From: an uncultured delta proteobacterium
Lineage (GTDB): Bacteria > Myxococcota_A > Polyangia > Palsa-1104
Direction of reading: 5' to 3'
Length of the DNA: 64,000 nt
Assembly (NCBI GenBank): GCA_963785725.1
Contig: CAWAWS010000006.1
Location: 192,001 to 256,000 of the forward strand
Part shown: piece after piece, positions 44,771 through 55,706 of the stretch
How the letters are laid out: the number at the start of each line of letters is the position of its first letter
How positions within the stretch are numbered: the stretch's first letter is position 1
Notes under the pieces: generated by a model
What the model was told of the DNA's origin: nothing
What the model saw: only the letters and a program-made list of their open reading frames with translations
Database searches by the model: none
Made by a program: the position numbers and the translations under genes

Positions 44771-47094
44771 AGCGGGAGCTCGACGATGAAGGAGGCGCCT
44801 TCGCCTTCGACGTCGCAGGCGCTGACGGTGCCGCCGTGCGCTTCGACGATGCGGCGCACGATGTAGAGGCCGAGCCCGAGCCCGCCGTAGTGGCGCGCGG
44901 AGACGGCGCGCTCGAAGCGTTCGAAGATGCGCCCGCGCTCGGCCGGCTCGACGCCGATGCCGTGGTCGCGCACTTGTAATTGCGCGCGCTGCCCGTCGGA
45001 GTCGACGCGCACGACGACCGGCTTGCCGGCGCCGTATTTGAGCGCGTTCGACAACAGGTTGGTCGCCACTTGCTCGAGCCGCGCGCGATCCCAGTGGCCG
45101 CCCAAGGCCGGCGCCGGCGCTTCGACGGCGATGGTGCAGCCGGCGCGGCGGGCGTCGTCGCCGAGCGCGCGCACGGCGTCCTGCGCGACGGCCACGAGGT
45201 CGGTCGGCTCGCGCTGCAGCTCGAGCCGACCGGAGTGCACGCGCGAGACGTCGAGCAGCGAGTCGACGAGCCGGCTCAGCCGCCGCGTCTGCCGCTCGGC
45301 CGTCTCCAGCGCCTGCCGCAAGAACGCCGTCGGCGCCTCCTCGCCGATCGCCAGCACGCTCTGCACCGCCAGCTGCAGCGACGTCACCGGCGTGCGCAGC
45401 TCGTGCGACGCCACCGACAGGAACTCGTCGCGCGAGGCCACCGCCGCCACCGACTGCTGATAGAGCCGCTGGTTGTCGATGGCCAACGCCGCGCGCTGCG
45501 CCAGATCGATCGCAATCGCCAAGTCCTCGTCGTCGTAGTGGCGGCGGTGATCTTGCGCGGCGAAGCACATCGCGCCCAGCGTCTGGCCGCGCACGCGCAA
45601 CGGCGCCAGCATGTAGGCGCCGCAGCCGATCTCGCGCAGCGTCGTGCCGTTGGACGGGAAGCTGATGGCGAGCACCGGCCGGCCGCCGCGCCCGGTCAAT
45701 TCGTCGTCGGTGATCTCGTTGTAGATGAGCGGCTCGCCGCGGGCGATGACGCGCGCGACGCCGCGGTCGCTGCCGGGCGCGACCTGCAAGCGGCGCATCT
45801 TGGCGACGTGCGTCGGATCGCGATGGTGGGCGGCGGCGCTGACAATGGTGCCGTTGTCGTCGACGAGGAAGATGATGCACCAGTCGCCCAAGAACGGCAC
45901 CGACAGGCGCGCCAAGCCGTCGAGAGGCGTGTCGTCTTCGACGGGACCGCCGAGCAGCTTGGACGCGGCCGCCAAGAAGCCGGCGCGGCGGCTCGAGCGG
46001 CGCTCGGCGGTGACGTCGCGAAAGCTCCACACGCGACCGACGGCGCGCCCGTCGACGCGCTGCGGCCGCGAGTCGCGCTCGAGGATGCGGCCGTCGCGCA
46101 GCTCGAGCACGTCGTGGCTCGAGGCTTCCGGCTCGGCGTAGAGCGCGTGCACCTTCTCGACGAACTTCGCCGGATCGCGGAGCTGCTGCGCGGCATGGAC
46201 GAGCGCGCGCGAGTCGTCGATGTCGGCGATGAGCTCCTGCGGGATGTTCCACAGCTGCAAGAAGCGCTGGTTGTAGCCGACGATGTGCGCCTCGGAGTCG
46301 ACCACCAACACGGCGTCGTTGATCGACTCCAGCGTCGCCCGCAACAGCGAGACCGACGTGGTGACTTCGTCTTCGGCGCGCACGCTGTCGGTGATGTCGA
46401 GCGCGACGCCGGTGGCGCCGATGGGCCGGCCGCCGTCGTCGAGAATCGGCGACCAGCTCGTCTGCCACGAGGAGCCGAAGCGGCGCGTGTGGTCGACCAT
46501 CGAGAAGCGCTCGCCCGCGAGCGCGCGGCGGACGTGCGACAAAAGCTCGGGCTCGTCGCGCCAGAGCGAGAACACGCTGTGGCCGACGGCGTCGCCGGGC
46601 GCCTGCCCGATCGCTTGCAAGCCGCGGCCTTGCGACAGCGTGAAGCGGCCGGTCGCGTCGACCGCGAACAGGATGATCGGCGCATGATCGATCACTTGCA
46701 GGAGGCGCGACTCGGCGGCGCGCAAGGCTTCGGTGGTGACCTGGGCGTCGGTGACGTCGATCATGAAGCCGCCGACGCGCGGCTCGCCTTCGCGCTCGAG
46801 CGCGTGCAGCTCGGTGCGAAACCAGCGCACGCCGTCATCGGCGCCGACCAGGCGATGCTCGATGCGGCGCGGCTCGTGGTCGCGGCCGACGGCGAGGAGC
46901 GCGCTGATGAAGCGGTCGCTGTCCTCGGCGTGCAGCGCGGTCGACAACAGCTCGCGCCCGGTCGTGACGAGACCGAGGCCGAGCCGCGCCACCGCGCCGC
47001 CCGACAGCGCCGTGACCCGCAGCGGCGCCAGCGCCGCCTCGAAGACGACGGCGTCGGCGAGCGCCAGGATCTGCAGCGCCGGATCCGAGTTCAC
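44764..47094 (-). CDS. Cytoplasmic multi-PAS/GAF sensor histidine kinase
   Basis: Three PAS-like segments, GAF (LAVPL-like MLAPLRVRGQTLGAM), H-box FLSVASHELRTP, NLLSNALKY, DHGIG, GLGLGLYI; GTG start overlapping the receiver gene stop. Confidence 0.93.
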   Translation of the reverse strand: MNSDPALQILALADAVVFEAALAPLRVTALSGGAVARLGLGLVTTGRELLSTALHAEDSDRFISALLAVGRDHEPRRIEHRLVGADDGVRWFRTELHALEREGEPRVGGFMIDVTDAQVTTEALRAAESRLLQVIDHAPIILFAVDATGRFTLSQGRGLQAIGQAPGDAVGHSVFSLWRDEPELLSHVRRALAGERFSMVDHTRRFGSSWQTSWSPILDDGGRPIGATGVALDITDSVRAEDEVTTSVSLLRATLESINDAVLVVDSEAHIVGYNQRFLQLWNIPQELIADIDDSRALVHAAQQLRDPAKFVEKVHALYAEPEASSHDVLELRDGRILERDSRPQRVDGRAVGRVWSFRDVTAERRSSRRAGFLAAASKLLGGPVEDDTPLDGLARLSVPFLGDWCIIFLVDDNGTIVSAAAHHRDPTHVAKMRRLQVAPGSDRGVARVIARGEPLIYNEITDDELTGRGGRPVLAISFPSNGTTLREIGCGAYMLAPLRVRGQTLGAMCFAAQDHRRHYDDEDLAIAIDLAQRAALAIDNQRLYQQSVAAVASRDEFLSVASHELRTPVTSLQLAVQSVLAIGEEAPTAFLRQALETAERQTRRLSRLVDSLLDVSRVHSGRLELQREPTDLVAVAQDAVRALGDDARRAGCTIAVEAPAPALGGHWDRARLEQVATNLLSNALKYGAGKPVVVRVDSDGQRAQLQVRDHGIGVEPAERGRIFERFERAVSARHYGGLGLGLYIVRRIVEAHGGTVSACDVEGEGASFIVELPLQ

Positions 47095-47474
47095 CGTGGC
47101 GCCGAAGCGAGCCCGGAGCGGCAGAAGCGGGCCACGACGTCGATGAGGTGATTGAGCTCGAAGGGCTTGGCCAGGATGGCGGCCGGTGACAGCGCCTTGG
47201 TCGACTGCTCGAGCCGGCCCGCGCCCGACACGACGACGATGGGCACTTTTTGCAGCCGCGCTTCCGCGGCCATGATCGCGCCCAATTCCCAGCCGTTCAT
47301 TTCCGGCATCATGAGGTCGAGCAGGAGCACGCACGGCAGGGTGTCACGCATGTGCGCCAGCGCTTCCATGCCGTTGGCCGCTTCGACGACCGCGAACCCT
47401 TTGATGCGCAAGATGGCCGCCAGGTCGGCACGAATGTCCTCGTCATCTTCTGCGATCAAGACGCCACCCGCCAT
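47091..47474 (-). CDS. Single-domain response regulator (CheY-like)
   Basis: VLIAEDD, LLDLMMPEMNG, VVSG, LAKPF. Confidence 0.93.
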   Translation of the reverse strand: MAGGVLIAEDDEDIRADLAAILRIKGFAVVEAANGMEALAHMRDTLPCVLLLDLMMPEMNGWELGAIMAAEARLQKVPIVVVSGAGRLEQSTKALSPAAILAKPFELNHLIDVVARFCRSGLASAPR

Positions 47475-47550
47475 TGCCGACCCCCAGCTAAGAAGTATAC
47501 ACGGCTGCGCCGGAGACGCCGGTCACCGGCAGATCTCGCAGTGTCAGCAG

Positions 47551-50232
47551 TCAGACGAAGCGGATGCGTCGCGCGGCCACGTCGAGCAGCAAAAAGAGCA
47601 GCGCCGCCCACAGCGCCCACGGCCACAGCTCGCGATGGTAGATGACGCGCTGGCGTCCTGGGTCGAAGCGCTGCGCCGGCGTCGGCGCCGTGCGTCCGCC
47701 GGTGACTTGTGCCACTCGCTCGAGCAGCGCCGTGTCGGGCGGCAGGGCCGCGAATTCGCGCGGATAGGGCAGCGACAGCGCGCCCGCCGACTCGGCGACG
47801 ACGGCGCCGTTCTGCTTGTGCAGCGCGCGTAGCCAGAAGGCGCCGTAGCGATCGGGCGCGAACGTGGCCTCGTAGTGGCCGGGCGCGGTCTCGGCCATCG
47901 TCAGCTCGCGCTTGTCCGCCGGCCGCGCCGGGTCGATGACTTGCAGCGTCGTGTCCAGACCCGAGACGAACTTGTCGTCGGCGCCGATGGCGTCGACGGC
48001 GACGTGGGCGAGCGGCGGATCGACCTCGCTCGACAATTCGAAGCTGCGGCCGCTCGTCGAGGAAGTGGCCGAGTGGCGCATCGTCGAGCGCACCAAGTGC
48101 GCCCAGAATTTGCCGTAGCCGGGCCACTTCAGCCAATTGACGGCCCAGCGGTTCTTGACGTCGCTCGTGAACGCCGCCGCCTGGCCGAGCCCGACGCGCC
48201 AGCGCGCCAAGATAGGCTCGCCCAAGTCGCTGACGAGGATGACGTCGCTGAGCGGCTTCGGCTTCGTCGACACGTAGCCGCGCAAGGGCGGCGCCTCGCC
48301 GATGTCGACGCCTTCGAGCAGCTCGGCGCGCTTCTGCACGTGCACGCCGACCTGCTCCTCGACGAGCGCGTTGCGCGCGACCTCGGTCGTCTCCTTCGTG
48401 AAGATGCGCGGGATGCTCTCGGCCGACTGCGTGAAGTAAAAGCGCCCGCCGCCGCGCTCGGCGATCATCGTGAGCAGCGTCTTGTCGGCCTCGGCGCCGA
48501 CGCCGACGGCGCTGATCGTGATCTTGTGCTCGGCCATCTCGTCGACCAGCTCGCGGATGCCTTCGTAACTCGCCTGCCCGTCGGTCAAGAGAATGACGTG
48601 CTTGAGCTTGGCGTGCGCCGGATCGAGCTCGTCGTAGGCCTCTTTCAGCGCCGGCAAGATGTTGGTGCCGCCGCCCGCTTGCAGCCGCGCGATGTCGCCG
48701 GCGATGCGCACGCGATTGGCCGCGCGCTGCAGCCTGACGATCGCCGTCGGCTGCGAGTCGAAGGCGATGACGCCGATGAGATCGTCGGCGCCGAGCAGCT
48801 CCGCCGTCGCCTTCGAGGCGTCCTTGGCCAGCTCCAGCTTCTCGCCCGTCATCGAGCCCGAGCGATCGATCACCAACGCCAGCGCCAGACCCGGCTGATC
48901 GCGCTTCTTCTCGGTCTCGAAGCGCACCGGCAAGATCTTCTCCAGCTTCGAGCCGGTGTAGCCGCCGGCGCCGAAGCTGTTCTCGCCGCCGGCCATGATG
49001 AACCCACCGCCGAGGTCGCGCACGTAGCTCTCGATCGCCGTCATCTGGGCCGGTCCGACGAACGTCTGCGCCACGTCCGACAAGATCACGAGATCGTAGG
49101 CCGCCAAGTCGCGCGGCGACGTCGGCAAGCCGTAGCTCGAGCGCACGTCGACGTCGATGTTCTCGCGCTTCAACGCGTTGGCCAGATACGACGCCGCCTG
49201 CGGCTCGCCTTCGACGTAGAGCACGCGCGGCTTGCCTTGCACCGCCAGCGACGCCACCGCCGCGTTGTTGCCCGCGAAGTGATCGGCGAGCGGCTTGCCC
49301 GGCGCCGCCGCCAGCTGCACCTTGAACGTCGTGAAGCCCGCCTGCGCGACCTCCGCCTTCCACTTCACGACATTCGGTCCCGCTTGCAGTTGGACGACCT
49401 TGCGGCCTTCGAGCGGGTTGACGTATTCGTCGCGATAGAGCGTCAGCGCCACGGTTTGCGGCGTCGTCGAGTCGATCTCGGCCGCGACCTCGAAGGGCGC
49501 GCCCATCTTCACGTCGTTCGGCAGCGTCAACGCGCGCACGAGCACTTCGGGCTCGCTGTCGGCGCGCGCGGCGATGACGTCGACGCGCACGCCGCGCTTG
49601 GCCGCCTCCGCTGCCTCGGCCGCGAGGTCACCCTCGGTCTCGTTGCCGTCGGAGACGATGAGCGCGCGCTTGATCGTGCCCGGCGGAAAGAGGCCGTAGG
49701 CCAGCGACAGCGCCGACGCGAGGTCACTGCCGTCGCCGTCATGGCGCGCGAGCGCGTCGGCCGGCAGCGGCACGCCGTCGGGCGGCAGCGGAATCAGCCG
49801 TGGATGCAGGCCGAAGGTCACCAGCATCAGCCGATCGTCGCCGTGGCGAGCGGCGCGCGTCTCCTCGATCGCGGCGCGCGCCGAGGCCAGCTGGGCGTCG
49901 CGAATGGAGGCCGAGACGTCGACGAGCAGCACCGTCGCCACCGTGCGCCGCTCGCCGACCGTCGACGGCCGCGCCAGCGCCAGCGCCAGGCAGGACACGA
50001 GCAGCATGCGCAAGACCGCCGACAGCCGCTGCTGCGCCGCCCGCAAGTCGACGAGCGACAGCCACAGCGTCGCGCCGACGAGCGGCAGGAGCGCGAGGAT
50101 GAAGAGCGCGCGCGGCCGCAAGAGCTCGACCGGCCCGATGCTGACGAGCTCGCGCCCACGCGTCGACCAGGCGATCGCCACCGCGATCGCGCCCATCAGC
50201 GCCAGCGTGATCGTCGCCCGCAGCCACTTCAT
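47551..50232 (-). CDS. Membrane protein with two VWA domains and a GATase1-like domain
   Basis: Start MKWLRATITL overlapping the upstream stop; MIDAS motifs DVSAS and DRSGS, LLTDG; YDLVILSDV..GGGFIMAGG; C-terminal TM helix. Confidence 0.85.
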   Translation of the reverse strand: MKWLRATITLALMGAIAVAIAWSTRGRELVSIGPVELLRPRALFILALLPLVGATLWLSLVDLRAAQQRLSAVLRMLLVSCLALALARPSTVGERRTVATVLLVDVSASIRDAQLASARAAIEETRAARHGDDRLMLVTFGLHPRLIPLPPDGVPLPADALARHDGDGSDLASALSLAYGLFPPGTIKRALIVSDGNETEGDLAAEAAEAAKRGVRVDVIAARADSEPEVLVRALTLPNDVKMGAPFEVAAEIDSTTPQTVALTLYRDEYVNPLEGRKVVQLQAGPNVVKWKAEVAQAGFTTFKVQLAAAPGKPLADHFAGNNAAVASLAVQGKPRVLYVEGEPQAASYLANALKRENIDVDVRSSYGLPTSPRDLAAYDLVILSDVAQTFVGPAQMTAIESYVRDLGGGFIMAGGENSFGAGGYTGSKLEKILPVRFETEKKRDQPGLALALVIDRSGSMTGEKLELAKDASKATAELLGADDLIGVIAFDSQPTAIVRLQRAANRVRIAGDIARLQAGGGTNILPALKEAYDELDPAHAKLKHVILLTDGQASYEGIRELVDEMAEHKITISAVGVGAEADKTLLTMIAERGGGRFYFTQSAESIPRIFTKETTEVARNALVEEQVGVHVQKRAELLEGVDIGEAPPLRGYVSTKPKPLSDVILVSDLGEPILARWRVGLGQAAAFTSDVKNRWAVNWLKWPGYGKFWAHLVRSTMRHSATSSTSGRSFELSSEVDPPLAHVAVDAIGADDKFVSGLDTTLQVIDPARPADKRELTMAETAPGHYEATFAPDRYGAFWLRALHKQNGAVVAESAGALSLPYPREFAALPPDTALLERVAQVTGGRTAPTPAQRFDPGRQRVIYHRELWPWALWAALLFLLLDVAARRIRFV

Positions 50233-52109
50233 ACGGTCACGCGCCGGTTGTAGGTCCACCACTCGATGAGCGCGAGCAACAGCGCCGCCAGCACGAGGTA
50301 GCCCCAGATTTCGCGGCGCACGCCGAGGCGGCCGGGCTCGGGCGCGGCCAGCGCTTTGCCGTCGACGCTGAGCGTGTGATTGGGCGCGATGGCCGATTCG
50401 TGCGCGTCGGCCAAGTTCGCCGCCAGCTGGCGCGGCGTCTGGCCGGGCGCGCCGACGCTGTAAAAGCCGACGTGGCGGCCGAGGTAGCTGGCGCGCCCGT
50501 CGTGCACCGGCGCCTCCGCGTGCTCGCCGTCGGGCGCTTGCACGGCCAGTGACGTCGCGCCCGGCGGCGCCGGCAGTCGCCACGTGTGCCCGGTCGCGTA
50601 CGACGCCAAGAGGCCGCCTTCGCTGCCCGCGAACCAGTCGAGCGCGTTGATGAGCAAGATGGGAAAGGCCACGCGCAACGGCAAGTCCGAACGCTGCAGC
50701 TCGAAGCCGAACGCCACCGTCTTGCGCCCGTCTTTCTCTCGCGCGATGATAATTGGCTGCTTGAAGCTCGACGCCACCGCCACATCGCCCGGCGACAGCG
50801 CGAAGGTCGAGGCCTTGGCGATATTCAGATCCTTGAGCGCCACCCAGCGCATGAGCGGATGGCTCGCGGTCGTCTCGGTCACGACCGGCCCGTCGACGCT
50901 GCCGCGCACGGTGAACGGCGCGCCTTCGCCGTGCGGATCGAGCCACAGCGCGTGCGTGCGCGGCTTTTGGTCGGCCGGCGGCGTGAAGCCGTCGAGGATG
51001 ACCGCGTCGTATTTCGCCGTCGCTGCCGCATCCCACGCGGCGGGCGCGATCTTGTCGACGTCGAGGTTCTGGTCGAGCAGGAGCGCGCCCTCCAAGAACA
51101 GATCGCCGCTCGAGACCAAGAGCACCTTCTGCTTGCGCCGCTCGGGCAAGAGCGCGTAGGCCGTGTCGTCGAGCGGCAAGGCGTCGTGCGCGTCGGTCAG
51201 CGTCGCCACCAGCCGCGCGCCATCGCCGGCCAGGTCGGGATAGATGCGCTGCACGCGCGCGCCCGCCGCCAACGTCAGCTTCTGCGACTCGACGACCTCG
51301 CCATCCTCTTGCAGCTGTAAGGTTACCGTCGACGGCTGCGCGCGGAAGCTCTGCACCTCGATCAAGACTTCGTAGGCCGTCTGGTTCGCCTGATAGCGCC
51401 GCACGGCGAAGGCGGTGATGCCGACGTTGTCGCCGCTCGTGCCGACGGGGACGTAGCGCAAGTCGACGCCGGCGAGCGCGCGCACGCCGCGGGCGAGCTC
51501 GGTCGCGTCCCAGGCGCCGTCGCCGAGGAGGACCAGCGTCGGTCGCGCGCGGCCGCGCAAGGCGTCGCCGGCGAGCTCGAGCGCGCGCGCGACGTCGGCC
51601 GCGGTGTCGTCGGCGCGCAAGCTGTCGATGGCGTGGCCGAGCTCGCGGTCGTCGCGCGTCATGCCGCCGACCGGCGCCGGCCGCGCGTCCATGGCCACGA
51701 CCATCGCTTCGTCGTCGCCGGCGAGCGCGCGCACCAGCTGCTGCGCTTGTTTTTGCGCGGCTTGCAGGCGGGTCAGACCGCCGCCGCCGTCGGTCGCCTG
51801 CATCGACGCCGAGGTGTCGACGACGAACACGATCGATCGGCCGTGCTGCGACGCCGCCAGCCGCGGATCGGCCAGCGCCGACAGCAAGAGCAGCAGCAAG
51901 ATCAGCTGAATCGCCAGCGAGATGAGGCGACGCAGCTTCTTCCACAGCGCCGTCGACTGCGACTCCGACAGGACGCGGCGCCACAAGTCGGCGAACGGCA
52001 CCTCGAGCCGCCGCCGGCGCAGCTTGAGCAGATAGAGCGCGACCAGCGCGCTGGCGCCCGCGGCCAGCGCCGGCCCGAGCACCGACAGCGGTGCGCCGCC
52101 GATGATCAC
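50229..52109 (-). CDS. BatA-like N-terminal double-TM + VWA domain protein
   Basis: LYLLKLRRRRLEVPF..LW, ALADP, VDTSASM; C-terminal LALIEWW; start approximate. Confidence 0.85.
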   Translation of the reverse strand: MIIGGAPLSVLGPALAAGASALVALYLLKLRRRRLEVPFADLWRRVLSESQSTALWKKLRRLISLAIQLILLLLLLSALADPRLAASQHGRSIVFVVDTSASMQATDGGGGLTRLQAAQKQAQQLVRALAGDDEAMVVAMDARPAPVGGMTRDDRELGHAIDSLRADDTAADVARALELAGDALRGRARPTLVLLGDGAWDATELARGVRALAGVDLRYVPVGTSGDNVGITAFAVRRYQANQTAYEVLIEVQSFRAQPSTVTLQLQEDGEVVESQKLTLAAGARVQRIYPDLAGDGARLVATLTDAHDALPLDDTAYALLPERRKQKVLLVSSGDLFLEGALLLDQNLDVDKIAPAAWDAAATAKYDAVILDGFTPPADQKPRTHALWLDPHGEGAPFTVRGSVDGPVVTETTASHPLMRWVALKDLNIAKASTFALSPGDVAVASSFKQPIIIAREKDGRKTVAFGFELQRSDLPLRVAFPILLINALDWFAGSEGGLLASYATGHTWRLPAPPGATSLAVQAPDGEHAEAPVHDGRASYLGRHVGFYSVGAPGQTPRQLAANLADAHESAIAPNHTLSVDGKALAAPEPGRLGVRREIWGYLVLAALLLALIEWWTYNRRVTV

Positions 52110-52140
52110 GACGCGCTCACGCCCGACATCAGGCCGGGAA

Positions 52141-53010
52141 TCACGAGAGGAATCCGCCTTCGCGAAACATCCGCAGGACCAGGTCTTCGAACGGAATGGC
52201 GACGTCGGCGCGGTAATACGGAATCGCGCGCGCGCCGCAAAAGGCCTCCAGCTGCGCGCAATATTCGGCGTGCGCGCGGGCAAACGCCGCCAATTGCCGC
52301 TCGGACACCGTCACCTCCCGCGACTCGCCCGACTCGACGTCGACGAGCTCGAGGTCGCCGCGCAAGGTCGGCTTGGCCTCGGCCTCCGACCACACCTGCA
52401 GCACGGTCGGCTCGAAGCGGTGATAGCGCAGGAGATTGAGCCCCTCTTCGTAGCCGGCCGGATCGTAAAAATCGCTGATGACGATGGCCAGGCCGCGCCG
52501 CTTCGTCTGGTGCACGAACGACTCGAGCGCGCGCGACAGCTCGGTTTTGCCTCGCGGCTCGAGCGCCGTCAGAAATTGGAAGACCTTGAAGATCTGCGCC
52601 TTGCCGCGCGTCGCCGGCAGCCGCTCATTCTCGGCGCCGCCGCCGAACGGCACGATGCTGACGCGATCGAGCTTGGCCAGGCCGATATACGCTAATGCCG
52701 CGCAAAGCCGTTCGGCATAATCGAGTTTTCCATTGCTGCGCATCGACGCCGAGGCATCGAGGAGAATATAGATATGCAGATCTTCTTCTTCCTCGAACAA
52801 GCGCAGCAAGAGCTTGTCGAGGCGACCGTAGACCGACCAGTCGAGATAGCGTAGATCGTCGCCGGCGGCGTAGTTGCGATGGTCGGCGAACTCCACGCCC
52901 GAGCCGGTCTTGCGCGAGCGGCGCTCGGCGCGAATACGGCCTACGAATACCTTTTTTGCGACGACATAAAGGTATTCCAGTTTCTTCAGAAACGATTCGT
53001 CGAATTCCAT
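52141..53010 (-). CDS. DUF58 family protein (MoxR-associated)
   Basis: GSGVEFADHRNYAAGDDLRYLDW, LDASASM, VISDF. Confidence 0.93.
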   Translation of the reverse strand: MEFDESFLKKLEYLYVVAKKVFVGRIRAERRSRKTGSGVEFADHRNYAAGDDLRYLDWSVYGRLDKLLLRLFEEEEDLHIYILLDASASMRSNGKLDYAERLCAALAYIGLAKLDRVSIVPFGGGAENERLPATRGKAQIFKVFQFLTALEPRGKTELSRALESFVHQTKRRGLAIVISDFYDPAGYEEGLNLLRYHRFEPTVLQVWSEAEAKPTLRGDLELVDVESGESREVTVSERQLAAFARAHAEYCAQLEAFCGARAIPYYRADVAIPFEDLVLRMFREGGFLS

Positions 53011-54006
<996 letters not shown>

Positions 54007-54373
54007 GGGTGGATACTTTAGCAAGAAGCTGGGGATGGGCACGTCGATAGAAGAGAGCAGAGGATCGGTGCGGCAGGGATCACGCCCGTTGCTCCAACAT
54101 CATGGTCGCTGGCTCAGACAGTCCTCGCCGCAGTTTCACGTCGCTGACGCGACGAGAAACAGCGGCTGTGGAACTCGCCAGCGACCATGATGTTTCCGCT
54201 GTCGCCCCTGTGCGACTGCTGTCGAGCCCGAAGGAGCCTCGCCATCCACGGGGGGAATAGGGCTGCGGTCACGCGCTCGGTCTGACCCGGGCTCGTACGC
54301 GCCGCCGGCAGCGAGCAGCCCAATGCTCAGCCGCTGGGGCCAAAGACGCTGGTCGTCTGACCCAAGGATCCAC

Positions 54374-54592
54374 GCCAAGCCACGATGGGGCCGGCACACT
54401 CGGTGCGGGTGGCGCCGCGTCCTTCTTGTCCGCGCGCAGGCGGAGCGCGGCACGAACAGGCACGACCCGCATCACACCACAGGCTCAGAAGCGAGAGCGC
54501 CGACGTCAGCGCACTGGGCGCGCAGACGAGCACGGACAAGAAGGATGCGGTGACAGGACCCGCCTCCACCGCGCCCCCCATCGTGACTTGGC
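54374..54592. repeat. Nested long inverted repeat (MITE/REP-like element or structured RNA)
   Basis: Outer arms GCCAAGCCACGATGGGG (54374-54390) / CCCCATCGTGACTTGGC (54576-54592); inner arms CCGCGTCCTTCTTGTCCGCGC (54415-54435) / GCACGGACAAGAAGGATGCGG (54530-54550). Confidence 0.75.
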
Positions 54593-54609
54593 CTCCGCGC
54601 GAGCAGCGC

Positions 54610-55692
54610 CTACGCGATAGCGAAATCCAACGCCCCCGCCGCCTTCAGCGCATCCAGCAGCGCCTTCGCGCCGAACGCTTGCGACGGCGTCAGCGCGCCC
54701 GTCGCTGCAAAGCCGTCGGCGGCCGCTCGCACCGCGCACTCGACCGCCGCCGCCGCCGTGAAATCATAGCCGTCGCCGCACGTCACCCACGTTCTCGCGA
54801 CCTTTCCAGCCCGCGCCGCCTCGGCCACGACCGCGCACTTCGCCCGCGCTCGCTCGGCGTCGCTCGGCCCTTCCGGCAGCGACTGAATCCAGCGTTCGGC
54901 CAGCTTCTTCGCCGGGCCCCAAGCCAGCGCCTTCGACGCCACGCCGACCACCGGCAACATCGCCGCCGCCGCCGCCGGCAGCGCCACGTAGGTGCGCAGA
55001 TTGCGCGTGCCGGTCGAGCGCGGCGCCGTCGCCAAGTCGCCCCAGGGGATCGACACCGTCGCGCGCGCGCCGAGCGGCGCCGGAAACGGCGCCTGCCAGC
55101 GCGCCGCGCCCACCCGCTCGTGCCGGTATTGCCCGTCGACGAACGCCAACCCGCCCGAGTCGGCGTGCTCGATCGCCGAGCGCGTCGTGCCCTGCGTCGC
55201 GCGCCCGCCGAACTTGATGGCGATCTTGACGTCGTCGGGCGCGCCGCCGACGGCCTCGGCCGCCAGCGCCGCCGCGCAATCGGTCGGCACGACGTCGAAA
55301 CCGACCGCGTTGACGAGCGCCACGCCGCGCTTCTTGGCCTCGGCATCGCGCTCGTGCGTCTGCATCATGTAGTTGGCCTCGCCGGTGATATCGAGGTAAT
55401 GCCGACCCGCCGCCAACGCCGCCTCGCGCACCGGCGCACCCAAGCGCGCGAACGGGCCGGCGCACGCGAGCACGACTTTGCCGCGCGCCACGACCGCTTG
55501 CAGCTGCGCCGCGTCGTCGAGCGCGGCCGTGAGCACCTGCGGCTGCTGCGTCAGCGACGCCGCCAGCCGCGTCAGCCGCGGGCGATCGCGCCCGGCGATG
55601 GCGAAGCTGACCTTGCGGCGCACCAGCTCCGCGCAGACGAGACGGCCGGTGAATCCAGTGGCGCCATAGACGACGACGGCAAAATCGGACAT
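54610..55692 (-). CDS. Saccharopine dehydrogenase-like NAD(P)-binding oxidoreductase
   Basis: VVYGATGFTG, IAGR, CAGPF, HYLDITGE, GFDVVPTD. Confidence 0.9.
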   Translation of the reverse strand: MSDFAVVVYGATGFTGRLVCAELVRRKVSFAIAGRDRPRLTRLAASLTQQPQVLTAALDDAAQLQAVVARGKVVLACAGPFARLGAPVREAALAAGRHYLDITGEANYMMQTHERDAEAKKRGVALVNAVGFDVVPTDCAAALAAEAVGGAPDDVKIAIKFGGRATQGTTRSAIEHADSGGLAFVDGQYRHERVGAARWQAPFPAPLGARATVSIPWGDLATAPRSTGTRNLRTYVALPAAAAAMLPVVGVASKALAWGPAKKLAERWIQSLPEGPSDAERARAKCAVVAEAARAGKVARTWVTCGDGYDFTAAAAVECAVRAAADGFAATGALTPSQAFGAKALLDALKAAGALDFAIA

Positions 55693-55706
55693 GGGCGCAG
55701 CCTACT

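Noticed and set aside
54043..54609. Short ORFs in the moxR-oxidoreductase gap
   Set aside because: No consistent codon bias or recognisable domain; treated as non-coding.
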